NCBI GenBank assembly: GCA_041736175.1
Contig: JBGSUI010000217.1
Span: forward strand, 1 to 64,000
Length of the DNA: 64,000 nucleotides
Reading direction: 5' to 3'
Source of the DNA: Oligoflexales bacterium
GTDB taxonomy: Bacteria; Bdellovibrionota_B; Oligoflexia; Oligoflexales; CAIYRB01
The notes under the pieces were generated by a model that saw nothing but the letters and a program-made list of their open reading frames with translations, searched no databases and was not told where the DNA came from. This document shows, in pieces, positions 10,092 to 19,560 of the stretch (within the stretch, counting starts at the first letter, position 1; every line of letters begins with the position of its first letter). The translations under genes and the position numbers were made by a program.

Positions 10092-11141
10092 CTAATTTTT
10101 GGTTGAACCGACGATCGGAGAGCTTTTGTTTAAAAATATTGCATGCATAAACATTTTAGCAATCAGCTTCTCATAGGCGATAAGGCGCACTTCGTCCTGG
10201 GGGGTGATACCGAGATCGTTAGGGAGGTCTGTTGTCAACCGCTCGAGAGAGTCTTGGACGAGGGGTTCGGCCATCTCTAAGCAAAAGGCAAAGACCCCCA
10301 TCTGCCAAAAAGCCCAATCCTCAAAGGACCCACCATCCCCCAAACTCGCTGCCGTGTGCAGCTCGTAGTCTGGCAAAAAAGCCATCTCTTGTCGCAGGGA
10401 CTCGATCCAGAGTTTGTGGTTTCTAACCTTAGAGTGGACAAACAGTGGCGATTCCCCATGATTTTTTGTCAAAGGAGAATGCCACTGGGGTTCTCTGGCT
10501 TTTATGTTGCGATGGACTGCTTGGATCTCTTGTGGGTAGGAAGGCCCAACCAACCACGGCACGTAACCGTGAATATCCACGGCAGCTAAATACTGCCGCT
10601 CGCGCACCAGGGCTTCGATCCCTTGAGTTTCGGGTTCACTGAACGGGTGGACTCCAGGATTTTCCTGAGTGACACCCCACATCACTGGAAAATTCCGATT
10701 TAAGTTCACCCCCTTTGGATTCAACCTCTGGTTTCCGGCTAAGCCTCCTGGATTTGCCTCTGGAAGAAAATCAATGGCAATTCCAAAGGAATCCAGAGAC
10801 CTCAGACTACTGGTACCCTCTCGGTAGCGGCGTGCGAGCCACCGAACAGCCTTTGGTGTACTGGCTTCATTTCCGTGAACCCCACCTTGGATCAAAAAAC
10901 GAAGGGGACGACTCCAAGGACGGTATCGTCCTGAAGCCTGTGGCGACTGCAATTCAATCAGCGAAAAATTGATTCTTTGTGGGTCCTTAGCACTCCACAG
11001 GGTCTGCTGAGGTAACGAGAGCGGCTCTATAAGCTGCAAAATCATTAACAGTGCAAACAGATGACAACCAAGTGAACTCAGCCTAAGCCTCCGAACCACA
11101 CCCTTAGAAACCTTACTCATGAACAGCCTTTCCACGACCAA
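10092..11141 (-). CDS. M14 family zinc carboxypeptidase
   Basis: HGNE zinc motif, NLNRNF, DIHGY and downstream catalytic E; start uncertain. Confidence 0.8.
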   Translation of the reverse strand: MVVERLFMSKVSKGVVRRLRLSSLGCHLFALLMILQLIEPLSLPQQTLWSAKDPQRINFSLIELQSPQASGRYRPWSRPLRFLIQGGVHGNEASTPKAVRWLARRYREGTSSLRSLDSFGIAIDFLPEANPGGLAGNQRLNPKGVNLNRNFPVMWGVTQENPGVHPFSEPETQGIEALVRERQYLAAVDIHGYVPWLVGPSYPQEIQAVHRNIKAREPQWHSPLTKNHGESPLFVHSKVRNHKLWIESLRQEMAFLPDYELHTAASLGDGGSFEDWAFWQMGVFAFCLEMAEPLVQDSLERLTTDLPNDLGITPQDEVRLIAYEKLIAKMFMHAIFLNKSSPIVGSTKN

Positions 11142-11194
11142 TACCAGCCCAGCAGGGGGGAGAGAGAATGACTCCTGTGCCCACAGGACCCTGG

Positions 11195-11210
11195 TGCAAT
11201 CTCAAGCCCA
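11195..11210 (-). promoter_or_regulatory. putative sigma54 (-24/-12) promoter of the M14 peptidase
   Basis: Minus strand TGGGCTTGAGATTGCA = GG-N10-GC, with an AT-rich tract upstream. Confidence 0.4.
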
Positions 11211-11422
11211 TATATAACTTGCTGATATCAATCAATTTTAATTGATTTTATAGGTGTCTAAACTTTATACACTTGATCCGTAAATCAACATATATTTTTA
11301 AATTATTTTTTATTTATTTTTGTTGATCAAAAAATAATTTTTAGGTCGCACCTATATTAACAACCTTAAAATGGTTTATCATAGGTAGAATTCATATCTA
11401 ATTTTTTTAGTTTAGGTGAACC

Positions 11423-13240
11423 ATGGCTTTTTTTAGGATTTTATTGGCATTTTGTTTGGTTACGGGAACTGCATTTGCTGGAAAGCCAGCACCAACTACG
11501 AACTTCATAGTTCGTGAAGGAAACCGTCTTATGGAAGACGGAAGAAGCGCATTCTTCTCTGGGGCAAATCAATACTATTTGTTCTATAAATCAAGGGCAA
11601 TGACCGACGACGTTTTGACCAGCGCTGCGAATTTAGGCCTCAATGTGATTCGCACCTGGGCTTTTTGCGACGGCGAATGGCATGATGGACATTCGCTCCA
11701 ACCTCAAGCTGGCGTCTTCCATGAGGAGACCTTTAAAAACCTGGACTACGCTATTTACCGTGCCGAGCAGCTAGGCATACGCCTGGTCTTCACTCTTGTG
11801 AACAACTGGGACGCCTTTGGCGGGATGAATACCTATGTAAAATGGACCAAAACAGCAAAAACCCATGACGATTTTTACTCCGATCCCGAAGCTCGGGCCT
11901 TGTTTAAAGCCTATATAGCCTACGTCCTCAATCGCAAAAACACCTATACTGGCCGTTACTACAAGGATGATCCCACCATTTTGATGTGGGAATTAGCTAA
12001 CGAACCGCGAGTGGACAAAACCCGGGTTCAAGATCTTTATTCCTGGGTCCATGAAATGGCAGGGTTTATTAAAAATATTGATCCAAAGCACTTGGTATCA
12101 ACCGGATCCGAAGGCGATCAGGATACAGACCTTTACCTAACACACGAGTCCCCCCATATTGATGTTGTATCCTTTCATCTTTACCCAGAAGACTGGTCTT
12201 TAAATCCCGAAAAGGCTTTGAACTATATCAAAACCCAAATCAAAACAGCAAAAGAACAACTTCGAAAGCCCATATTTTGTGGCGAATTTGGCCTTCGCAA
12301 TCAGGCTCTAAGGGCAGAAACCTATAGGGAATGGTATCAACTTTTCAAAACTAACCAAATCGACGGTGCTCTTTTTTGGTTATTATCAGGGCGCCGAGAT
12401 GATGGAACTCTTTACCCTGACTTCGATGGTTTTACGATCTACTATCCACAGAGTTCTGCTCTGGTTCCCGTAATCAAAGACTTCAGTGAGTGGTCAAAAT
12501 TGAAATCAGGCCAGACACTAGACCGCACACCACCTCAAGTCACCATTGAAAATTGGACTGATGGCACCGAAGTTGGCGGCATCCTTGAACTCTCAGGGAC
12601 CGTCAGCGACCAAGAGGCCGTCTTATCGGTCGTCGTCGATGTCGGCGGGGCCTTGCGACCAGCTACCGTAAACCAAGGTCATTGGCATTTTAAATGGGAT
12701 AGCCTTGAGTCCCTTGACCGAAGAGTTGATTTTACAGTGATTGCATCCGATCTGGAAAACAATCAAACTAAAAAATCTCTTTGGTTAAAAATTAATAATC
12801 AGGGCTATAAAGAAGATTCTTGGTTTAGCCAGGGCTACAAAGAGCAGGATGATGGCTATAATTTTATTTATTTTCTAACGGCTAAAAATCAAACAAAAAG
12901 AGAGGAGTCTGGCCACTTTAAAGCTCGGTTTTTCCTTCGACCGGAAGGACCGATTGGAGTCGGAACTCATTACGATGCAAGCCAAACCTACCAGGGTAAT
13001 CCAGTCGTATCTGCTATGAAAAACTTTTATGGTGGCGTGCATTATTTCGAGGTTGATTTTGGGTACAGATCGGTCGAACCTGGGCACTATCTAGGGTTTA
13101 AGGGACAGCTCAGCCAAGCTGATGGCAAATTAAAATCAAAAAATGACTGGTCTGCCAGCGATCTAGCCTCGACCACAGCTAAAGTCCAAAGAGTGGTTTG
13201 GCTAAAGGACGGCCAGGTGATCGCTGGAGCTGCTCCATAG
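11423..13240 (+). CDS. secreted GH5 glycoside hydrolase (beta-mannanase-like) with Ig-like and CBM3-like C-terminal domains
   Basis: Signal peptide; GANQY, IRTWAF, NNWDAFGG, WELANEP (acid/base), GEFG (nucleophile); DRTPPQV Ig-like repeat; C-terminal NDWS. Confidence 0.85.
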   Translation: MAFFRILLAFCLVTGTAFAGKPAPTTNFIVREGNRLMEDGRSAFFSGANQYYLFYKSRAMTDDVLTSAANLGLNVIRTWAFCDGEWHDGHSLQPQAGVFHEETFKNLDYAIYRAEQLGIRLVFTLVNNWDAFGGMNTYVKWTKTAKTHDDFYSDPEARALFKAYIAYVLNRKNTYTGRYYKDDPTILMWELANEPRVDKTRVQDLYSWVHEMAGFIKNIDPKHLVSTGSEGDQDTDLYLTHESPHIDVVSFHLYPEDWSLNPEKALNYIKTQIKTAKEQLRKPIFCGEFGLRNQALRAETYREWYQLFKTNQIDGALFWLLSGRRDDGTLYPDFDGFTIYYPQSSALVPVIKDFSEWSKLKSGQTLDRTPPQVTIENWTDGTEVGGILELSGTVSDQEAVLSVVVDVGGALRPATVNQGHWHFKWDSLESLDRRVDFTVIASDLENNQTKKSLWLKINNQGYKEDSWFSQGYKEQDDGYNFIYFLTAKNQTKREESGHFKARFFLRPEGPIGVGTHYDASQTYQGNPVVSAMKNFYGGVHYFEVDFGYRSVEPGHYLGFKGQLSQADGKLKSKNDWSASDLASTTAKVQRVVWLKDGQVIAGAAP

Positions 13241-13256
13241 GAGCCGTTAAAAACAA

Positions 13257-13310
13257 AAACCGGCAACCTTGTAGCGAACGGCAAAGCCTGTTGCTAGGAG
13301 GTTCCGGTTT
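13257..13310 (+). terminator. long imperfect hairpin downstream of the GH5 gene
   Basis: AAACCGG-C-AACCT...GGC-AAA-GCC...AGGTT-CCGGTTT pairing. Confidence 0.45.
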
Positions 13311-13474
13311 CCGATGGAGACATGTGACACCAACTAGGTGACACACACCTCCATGCTACTGGGACGTATGACTTGAATACCCAACAGCATCACCTCCTTT
13401 CCTAGGCCTTTAGCCTATGGGCCAACCTCTGAAGAGGTGGCTCCTCATTTCATCATATCAAAAAGGAACCCAGA

Positions 13475-13503
13475 TTGCCAAAAGATGAATCGACTATTAT
13501 AAT
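13475..13503 (+). promoter_or_regulatory. sigma70 promoter of the ACP-KS operon
   Basis: TTGCCA-17 nt-TATAAT. Confidence 0.7.
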
Positions 13504-13570
13504 GGGATATCCTCAGAGAATAAATGAGTTGTGTGAAACGCCACCTAAAAAGCGCTGGAGGGTGCCCTCT

Positions 13571-14005
13571 TTGGACGAGATCAAAAAGACTTTAGACGTG
13601 TCCTTAGAAGTTCGAAAAATCATCGCTGAATCACTGTTTGTTGATCTCGAAAAAGTCCAGACCCATTCCTTTCTCATAAAAGATCTAGCGGCAGAGTCTA
13701 TCGATTTTCTAGAAATTATGTTTAAACTAGAAAAAACTTTTAATATTAAGATCCCTCAAAGAGAAATCGAGAAACAGGCTCGGGGAGATATGCCTCCCGA
13801 GGATTTCGAAATCGAAGGAATCCTTCAGCCCAAGGGCCTCGCTCGGCTCCAAGAGCTGCTGCCTGAAGTCGACCCGCAATTATGGAGGGAGGGCATGGCA
13901 CTTAGGGAACTTCCATCCCTTTTTACAGTCGCCGTCTTTATAGGTATCGTCCAACGAAAATTAGACGGAACCCTCTTTGACTCTAGGCAAATCAATGCAG
14001 CATGA
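13571..14005 (+). CDS. extended acyl carrier protein
   Basis: DLAAESIDFLEIMFKLEKTFNIKIP phosphopantetheine motif, long insertion, then LFTV helix. TTG at 13571 follows GGAGG; the ORF-track start at 13475 lies in the -35 box. Confidence 0.85.
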   Translation: MDEIKKTLDVSLEVRKIIAESLFVDLEKVQTHSFLIKDLAAESIDFLEIMFKLEKTFNIKIPQREIEKQARGDMPPEDFEIEGILQPKGLARLQELLPEVDPQLWREGMALRELPSLFTVAVFIGIVQRKLDGTLFDSRQINAA

Positions 14006-14017
14006 GGGAATCAATCG

Positions 14018-14980
14018 ATGCAGTTTTACTTTGTCGATCGAATTTTCGAGATTGTTCCGCAAAAATCTATTATCGGCCTCAAAAACGTTACGAGAAACGA
14101 AGGCTTTTTCTACTGGCTTCCTAATGGCCAGCGAGTGCTCAGCCCAGCCGTCGTCACAGAGGCCCTTTGCCAATTAGGCGGATGGCTTAAAATTGTTAAC
14201 AGCAACTTTGAGAAAAGACCCGTTCTCCTTGCTGATGAACTTACCGAATACCACGGTATGGTCTCTGCTGGGGACCAAATAGAATTAAAAGTCGCTATCT
14301 TAGAAATGAATGATGATGTGGTCGTCACCAAAGGGACTGCTTGTGTTAACGGAAAACCGGTCTTAACAGGACACCAGTGCCGGGGCTACCTTTTACCACT
14401 CAAGGATTTTGACGACCCCGAGAGAGTCCGAAAGCAGTTTGATAACTTATATAAACCAAATTTTTCATTGCCAAAAATCTCACCAGAAGGCAAAACCCTA
14501 CCCGCTATCGCCGGAAAGTCTACGTTTGAATCTCTTCGGTATATCGATGGTGTGCTGGAACACATCCCCGGAAAAAAAATCCGCTGCTTTAAAAACGTTG
14601 CCGCTTGTGAACCCTATTTTGTGGCGCACTTTCCTCGCAAACCCTGTGTCCCAGGGGTCATTCTGCTGACTTTTCTTGGCGAGTCATGCCAATATCTCGT
14701 TCGCGACTCACTCGACGCTCCCGTGCGGGAGAAAGCGTTGATTCCTACCTTTATTAGAAATGTAAGATTTAGAAAATTCGTAGAGCCTGGTGACCACTGC
14801 ATTTTGGAATGCACCCTTCTCGAAGGCGATCTCTCTAAGCACCAGCAAGATATTGTAATAAAGTCCACAATCTTTGCAAATGACCAAAGAGTGATGCAAG
14901 CAGAGATGGGCTTTCAAACCATGTTCGCCTATCGAGATATAAAGGGAATGCCCCAATGGCCCAAAAACGACGCGTCGTGA
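14018..14980 (+). CDS. double hotdog FabZ/FabA-like 3-hydroxyacyl-ACP dehydratase
   Basis: Two FabZ-like repeats: FVDRI...KNVT..E.FF...TEALCQ and YIDGV...KNVA..EPYF.AHFP..P..PGV...FRKFVEPGD. Confidence 0.85.
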   Translation: MQFYFVDRIFEIVPQKSIIGLKNVTRNEGFFYWLPNGQRVLSPAVVTEALCQLGGWLKIVNSNFEKRPVLLADELTEYHGMVSAGDQIELKVAILEMNDDVVVTKGTACVNGKPVLTGHQCRGYLLPLKDFDDPERVRKQFDNLYKPNFSLPKISPEGKTLPAIAGKSTFESLRYIDGVLEHIPGKKIRCFKNVAACEPYFVAHFPRKPCVPGVILLTFLGESCQYLVRDSLDAPVREKALIPTFIRNVRFRKFVEPGDHCILECTLLEGDLSKHQQDIVIKSTIFANDQRVMQAEMGFQTMFAYRDIKGMPQWPKNDAS

Positions 14981-16236
14981 TCACGGGAATCGGGATCGTC
15001 TCTCCATTAGGTCCTCACCGGGAGTCTACCTGGCAAAATATCATCGCCGGAAAAAGCGCTGCCCGTGAGATCACTCAGTTTGACGCAGCCTCATGGCCCA
15101 CGAAAATCGCTTGTGAGGTCGACCAATTACCTAATCTTGAGGACGCACTCCGCCCCCAACTCCGCCCATACTTGAATCGACCGTCTGAATTTGGCGTCCA
15201 TGCCGCCTATGAAGCCATGGGTGATAGCAAACTTCCAAAATCCATAGACCCTCGCCGCTTTGGAATCGCTGTAGGAGCCAGCATTGGGGCCATCAGCCCC
15301 TCCCAACTTGCGAAAATGTTGGTAGGGATGCCCATTAAAAACGGCCTGCCTGATCTCAATCAAACCGTCGCAAAATCCTCAGAAAAATTTCTGACCATGA
15401 AAAATCATCCTGGAACTCTCGGAGCTCTCCTAAGCTCTCAATGGCATGCTTTAGGGCCTGTCACAACGATCCATACAGCCTGTGCCTCGAGCGGCCAGTC
15501 CCTTGGCCAGGCCTACTTACAAATCGTCAGAGATGACTGCGATATCATGCTTGCTGGAGGAGCAGACTCCCTGGCTGGAGAGCTTCTTTTAGCAGGATTT
15601 TGCCTCCTTGGGGCCCTCAGCACCCGAAACGATGAGCCACAAAAAGCATCCCGCCCCTTTGACAAAGATCGAGATGGGTTTGTTGCAAGCGAAGGAGCCG
15701 CTATGCTGGTCCTCGAAGAACTCGGCCACGCCCAAAACCGCGGAGCCCCGATCTATGCCGAATTTTCGGGTTATGGTGAAACTGCCAGTGCCTATCGCAT
15801 CACAGATCTCCCCGAAAATGGCCGAGGGATTGTGGAAGCGATGGATCTAGCGATCAAAGATGCTTGTTTAGATAACAGCCAAATTCACTACATCAATGCC
15901 CATGGAACCTCGACCCAGCTCAACGACCGCGTCGAGGCCCATGCTATAAGGAGAGTCTTTGGTTCTCGAGGACTCAAACCTGGGGTCAGCTCTACCAAAT
16001 CAGAAATTGGCCATTTGATCTCAGCCGCAGGTGCTATGGAGGCGGCGTTTACAGCCCTTGCCATACGGGATCAAATCGCACCACCAACCCTTAATCTGAT
16101 CAATACCGATTGTGGCGATGACATCAACTTTATCGCCGAAAAATCCCGCAAAATGACCATTGAGCATGCCCTTTCAAACTCCATAGGTTTTGGCGGCTCA
16201 AATTCTGTCGTCGCCCTAAGTCGCTTTCGCCCCTAG
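14956..16236 (+). CDS. beta-ketoacyl-ACP synthase (FabF-like KS, active)
   Basis: TACASS (Cys), INAHGTST and KSEIGHL (His), SRPFD, SNSIGFGG. Confidence 0.92.
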   Translation: MAQKRRVVITGIGIVSPLGPHRESTWQNIIAGKSAAREITQFDAASWPTKIACEVDQLPNLEDALRPQLRPYLNRPSEFGVHAAYEAMGDSKLPKSIDPRRFGIAVGASIGAISPSQLAKMLVGMPIKNGLPDLNQTVAKSSEKFLTMKNHPGTLGALLSSQWHALGPVTTIHTACASSGQSLGQAYLQIVRDDCDIMLAGGADSLAGELLLAGFCLLGALSTRNDEPQKASRPFDKDRDGFVASEGAAMLVLEELGHAQNRGAPIYAEFSGYGETASAYRITDLPENGRGIVEAMDLAIKDACLDNSQIHYINAHGTSTQLNDRVEAHAIRRVFGSRGLKPGVSSTKSEIGHLISAAGAMEAAFTALAIRDQIAPPTLNLINTDCGDDINFIAEKSRKMTIEHALSNSIGFGGSNSVVALSRFRP

Positions 16237-16253
16237 ACCTTCGAGGACCAGCC

Positions 16254-17555
16254 ATGACGGATAAAAAACGAGAGGTGGTGATCACTGGAATGGGTCTTGA
16301 TACTGCCCTCGGTGCCGAAGCAGAGAGCATATTTGCCAGTTGGCTAGGACAAAAAAACAATTTCAAACCAATCTCAGCCTTTAACGTCCAAAACACTCCG
16401 GTCCAATTCGCGGGGCTATGCCAAGACCCGGATCTCACAAAGCTACCTGATCGAAAAGTCCAAAAAATTCTCCGCAGAAAAGATCTTCTAAGCCTGCTCA
16501 CAACTCTAAAAGCTGCCGAGCACGCTGGCTTAAGGGACGCAAAAATCTCTCCCGAACGAATGGGCATGTACGTCGGCGCAAGCAGCACCCAAATTGGTGA
16601 CTTGACGCCCTACTTTACCCTTGTTGCCGAATGTGCAGACCTCACCCATGGACGTTTTGATAGCCAAAAATTCGGCCACGAGATGTTAGACCTCGTCAAT
16701 CCACTCGTCGTGCTGCAAACCCTCATGAATAATGCCCTCTGTTTTGGGACGATGACCCTCGACTTACGAGGTGTGAATGCCAATTTTATGGATTTTCAGG
16801 TGTCTGGCCTAAGAGCCCTGGGCGAAGGTTTTCAGAGTATCCGCAACGATCGAGCCGATCTTATCATCGCGGGGGGAGTCGCCGGACCTATAGAGCCATT
16901 TCAGTTGGCTGAAGGCGTGCAAGTAAACTATCTTGCAGATACCTCCCGTCTGCAAACATCCATTGGAGATGTGATTCGCCCTTGGGATAAAGGGCGTGTC
17001 GGAACAATTTTAAGCGAAGGGACAGCATATCTTGTCCTTGAAGAAAAGGAGCATGCACTGGCTCGGGGGGCCGCCCCTCTCGCAGTGGTCAAGGGGTTTG
17101 GTATCGCAAATGATGGCCAACTTGCGATTTTTTCTCCTGCCCCCGCAACTGGTCTCGAAGATGCTATAGGCCAGGCACTCGCTCAGGCCAACCTCTCTCC
17201 AGATGATCTAGGGGGAATTATAGGTCATGGGAATGGCTCTAAAATTCAAGATTGGAGTGAAATAAGAGCATACCAAAGATTTATGAGAAACCGAAAAAAT
17301 CCTATCCCGTTAACAACAGCTTACCCAAATTTGGGTGATATGTGTGAAGCCAGTGGTGCCTCGCAAACCATTCTCGGCGCCATGGCTCTCAAAGCGGGAC
17401 TGCTTCCCGCGACGGCAAATCATGTGGGGTTTGAGGAGACCTTGCACCACGTTGAGGTTATGACTCAGACCACTGAGTTAGCAAAACCGTCCATCTTAGT
17501 GACGTCGCGCAATTTTTTTGGTTTAGCATGTGCCCTTGTCCTTGGAAGAGTTTAA
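16254..17555 (+). CDS. KS-like chain-length factor (inactive ketosynthase)
   Basis: KS fold with DFQVSG in place of TACxSG (Cys->Gln) and NLGD in place of xxGH. Confidence 0.82.
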   Translation: MTDKKREVVITGMGLDTALGAEAESIFASWLGQKNNFKPISAFNVQNTPVQFAGLCQDPDLTKLPDRKVQKILRRKDLLSLLTTLKAAEHAGLRDAKISPERMGMYVGASSTQIGDLTPYFTLVAECADLTHGRFDSQKFGHEMLDLVNPLVVLQTLMNNALCFGTMTLDLRGVNANFMDFQVSGLRALGEGFQSIRNDRADLIIAGGVAGPIEPFQLAEGVQVNYLADTSRLQTSIGDVIRPWDKGRVGTILSEGTAYLVLEEKEHALARGAAPLAVVKGFGIANDGQLAIFSPAPATGLEDAIGQALAQANLSPDDLGGIIGHGNGSKIQDWSEIRAYQRFMRNRKNPIPLTTAYPNLGDMCEASGASQTILGAMALKAGLLPATANHVGFEETLHHVEVMTQTTELAKPSILVTSRNFFGLACALVLGRV

Positions 17556-17587
17556 GGGGGAGCGTTTAGGGGTAGCGCTTAGGGGGA

Positions 17588-18745
17588 GTGCTTAGTTCGA
17601 TGCATATTGCGTTAACAGGATCCACTGGATTTTTGGGCAGTGAATTTCTAAGGGACCTCTGCCTTCACCCTGAAGTTGAATCGATCACGGTATTGGTCGC
17701 CGATAGCACCCACATGCAAGCCTATTCAAAAATCGATGCCCTTTTCCAAAAGTGGGATATTTTCGGCCCTCGACTCACCCAAAACCAAAAAAACAAGATT
17801 AAAGTTTGTCCCCAAAAGCTTGGGTTTCCCTATCATCCAGATAGCTTAAAAATCTGCCTGAAAACCGGGTTTCTTTGGGATTATTTTGTTCACTGCGCAG
17901 GTCTCACGGATCTCAATCCGTCTATCCAGGTTGCCAGACGGGCTAACCTTTTCGGCACCCAGCACGCTCTGCGCTTGGCAAGCTTAAGTCCAAACTTAAA
18001 GAAATTTGTACATATTTCAACCGCCTTTGTCTGCGGTCTCCAAGACCACCTGATTGAGGAACCAGAGAGTCGGAAAAACCATCTAAAAAGTTTTGATTCT
18101 AGAGTCTTTAGCAATCACTACGAAAGAACCAAGTTAGAAGCAGAAAACTGTGTTGAAAGATCCGGGTATCCCTATACCATCATTCGACCCAGTGTTATTG
18201 TCGGCAGAAGTTATGATGGGTATTTCCCACATACAAAGGTCATCTACTCCCTCTGGAAGGCTTGGCTCCGAGGGATTGCTCCCAGAATACCCGTAGATCC
18301 AGGCAGCTTTGTCGATATCGTGCCAGTGGACTGGGTTTCAAAGGTTATTTTCGAATTGATGCTAAACCAAGCCTCAAGGTCAGAGATTTTCCACGCTTGC
18401 GCTGCGGAAGGACGTCAAAACAATATGGAATTAATAACACTCGCTAGCGAGGTGTTTGAAACAGATCTTCCTAAAACATGTCCTAGGAAAATCCTCGACG
18501 TGTTACAATGGCCTATAGTCCAGCGATTTGTTCCCTATGACCTGCAAAAACTTGTATCCGAGTTCTCCCCACTTCTCTCCTATATGAACTCAAAAAATAG
18601 AATATTTTCTATGAGCAAAACCAATCGGCTTCTGGAAAAAAATAAACTAGTTCTCGAGCCGGTCGGACAATGGCGTGCTAATCTTTTTGAATTTTGCAAA
18701 CGAACCAATTGGGGCAAGCTAGCCGCAGCCGTACCTGACTCCTAA
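17588..18745 (+). CDS. stand-alone thioester reductase / fatty acyl reductase-like extended SDR
   Basis: TGSTGFLG, HCAG, ANLFGT, HISTAFV, YERTK, IIRPSVIVG. Confidence 0.85.
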   Translation: MLSSMHIALTGSTGFLGSEFLRDLCLHPEVESITVLVADSTHMQAYSKIDALFQKWDIFGPRLTQNQKNKIKVCPQKLGFPYHPDSLKICLKTGFLWDYFVHCAGLTDLNPSIQVARRANLFGTQHALRLASLSPNLKKFVHISTAFVCGLQDHLIEEPESRKNHLKSFDSRVFSNHYERTKLEAENCVERSGYPYTIIRPSVIVGRSYDGYFPHTKVIYSLWKAWLRGIAPRIPVDPGSFVDIVPVDWVSKVIFELMLNQASRSEIFHACAAEGRQNNMELITLASEVFETDLPKTCPRKILDVLQWPIVQRFVPYDLQKLVSEFSPLLSYMNSKNRIFSMSKTNRLLEKNKLVLEPVGQWRANLFEFCKRTNWGKLAAAVPDS

Positions 18746-18767
18746 AAAAGACAAATCGAGGAAATCT

Positions 18768-19523
18768 ATGTTTTCTATCAGCTTGGAAGGCAAAAACGCT
18801 TGGGTCACCGGCGCAAGCCAGGGTATAGGCCAATCCTGCGCACTTGCTTTTGCAAAAGCCGGCGCCAATGTGGGGATTGGTTACTTTCGTCATGAAAATG
18901 AAGCTCATGTTACTGTCACAAAATGCCAAGAACTGGGCGTAAAAGCCCATGCTGTTTGTGTCGACGTCTCTGATCCAGACCAATGTGAAAAGGCCTATCA
19001 AAACCTAGCTCAGCACATAGGTCCTATCGATATTTTAGTAAATAATGCTGGGATTATTAAAGATGATTTATTTATATCTTCAGAGTCAGAAGATTGGGAA
19101 AATCTTTTTAGAGTCAATGTCTATGGAACACTGCACTGCACCAAAATCGTCGCAAAGGATATGCTCTTAAGGAAATCAGGCAAAATCATCAATGTTTCCT
19201 CCGCGGCTGCCACAAAAGGCGGAAGAGGCCAGAGCATCTATGCTGCCACCAAGGGCGCCATCGAATCTCTGACCCGCAGTCTGGCTGTCGAGCTTGGCCG
19301 TAAAGGGATCGTTGTAAACTGCATCGCACCTGGGGTCGTAGAGACGCAAATGTCCAAAAATATCATAGATATGGCTAAAGATGAGATTCTTCAGAGACAA
19401 GTCATCAAGAGATTTGCCCAACCTGCCGAAATAGCCGCTTGGGTGGTGATGCTGAGTTCGTCTTATGCCGACTTTATTACGGGCCAAACCTTTCATATCG
19501 ACGGTGGTTTGAAAATGCCCTGA
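18768..19523 (+). CDS. 3-oxoacyl-ACP reductase (FabG-like)
   Basis: TGASQGIG, LVNNAG, YAATK, VNCIAPG, IDGG. Confidence 0.9.
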   Translation: MFSISLEGKNAWVTGASQGIGQSCALAFAKAGANVGIGYFRHENEAHVTVTKCQELGVKAHAVCVDVSDPDQCEKAYQNLAQHIGPIDILVNNAGIIKDDLFISSESEDWENLFRVNVYGTLHCTKIVAKDMLLRKSGKIINVSSAAATKGGRGQSIYAATKGAIESLTRSLAVELGRKGIVVNCIAPGVVETQMSKNIIDMAKDEILQRQVIKRFAQPAEIAAWVVMLSSSYADFITGQTFHIDGGLKMP

Positions 19524-19560
19524 CAAAATATCTTAGCTTTTTAAAAAAGAGGATTTAATT

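Noticed and set aside
13257..13318. c-di-GMP-I riboswitch suggested by GGCAA...GCAAAGCC
   Set aside because: No GAAA-capped first stem and no receptor stem; the sequence folds better as one hairpin and lies upstream of the next promoter.
13571..19523. Housekeeping fab operon or aryl polyene cluster
   Set aside because: No fabD/fabH/plsX; it has a CLF, thioester reductase and atypical ACP, and lacks the ligase, acyltransferase and glycosyltransferase genes of ape clusters.
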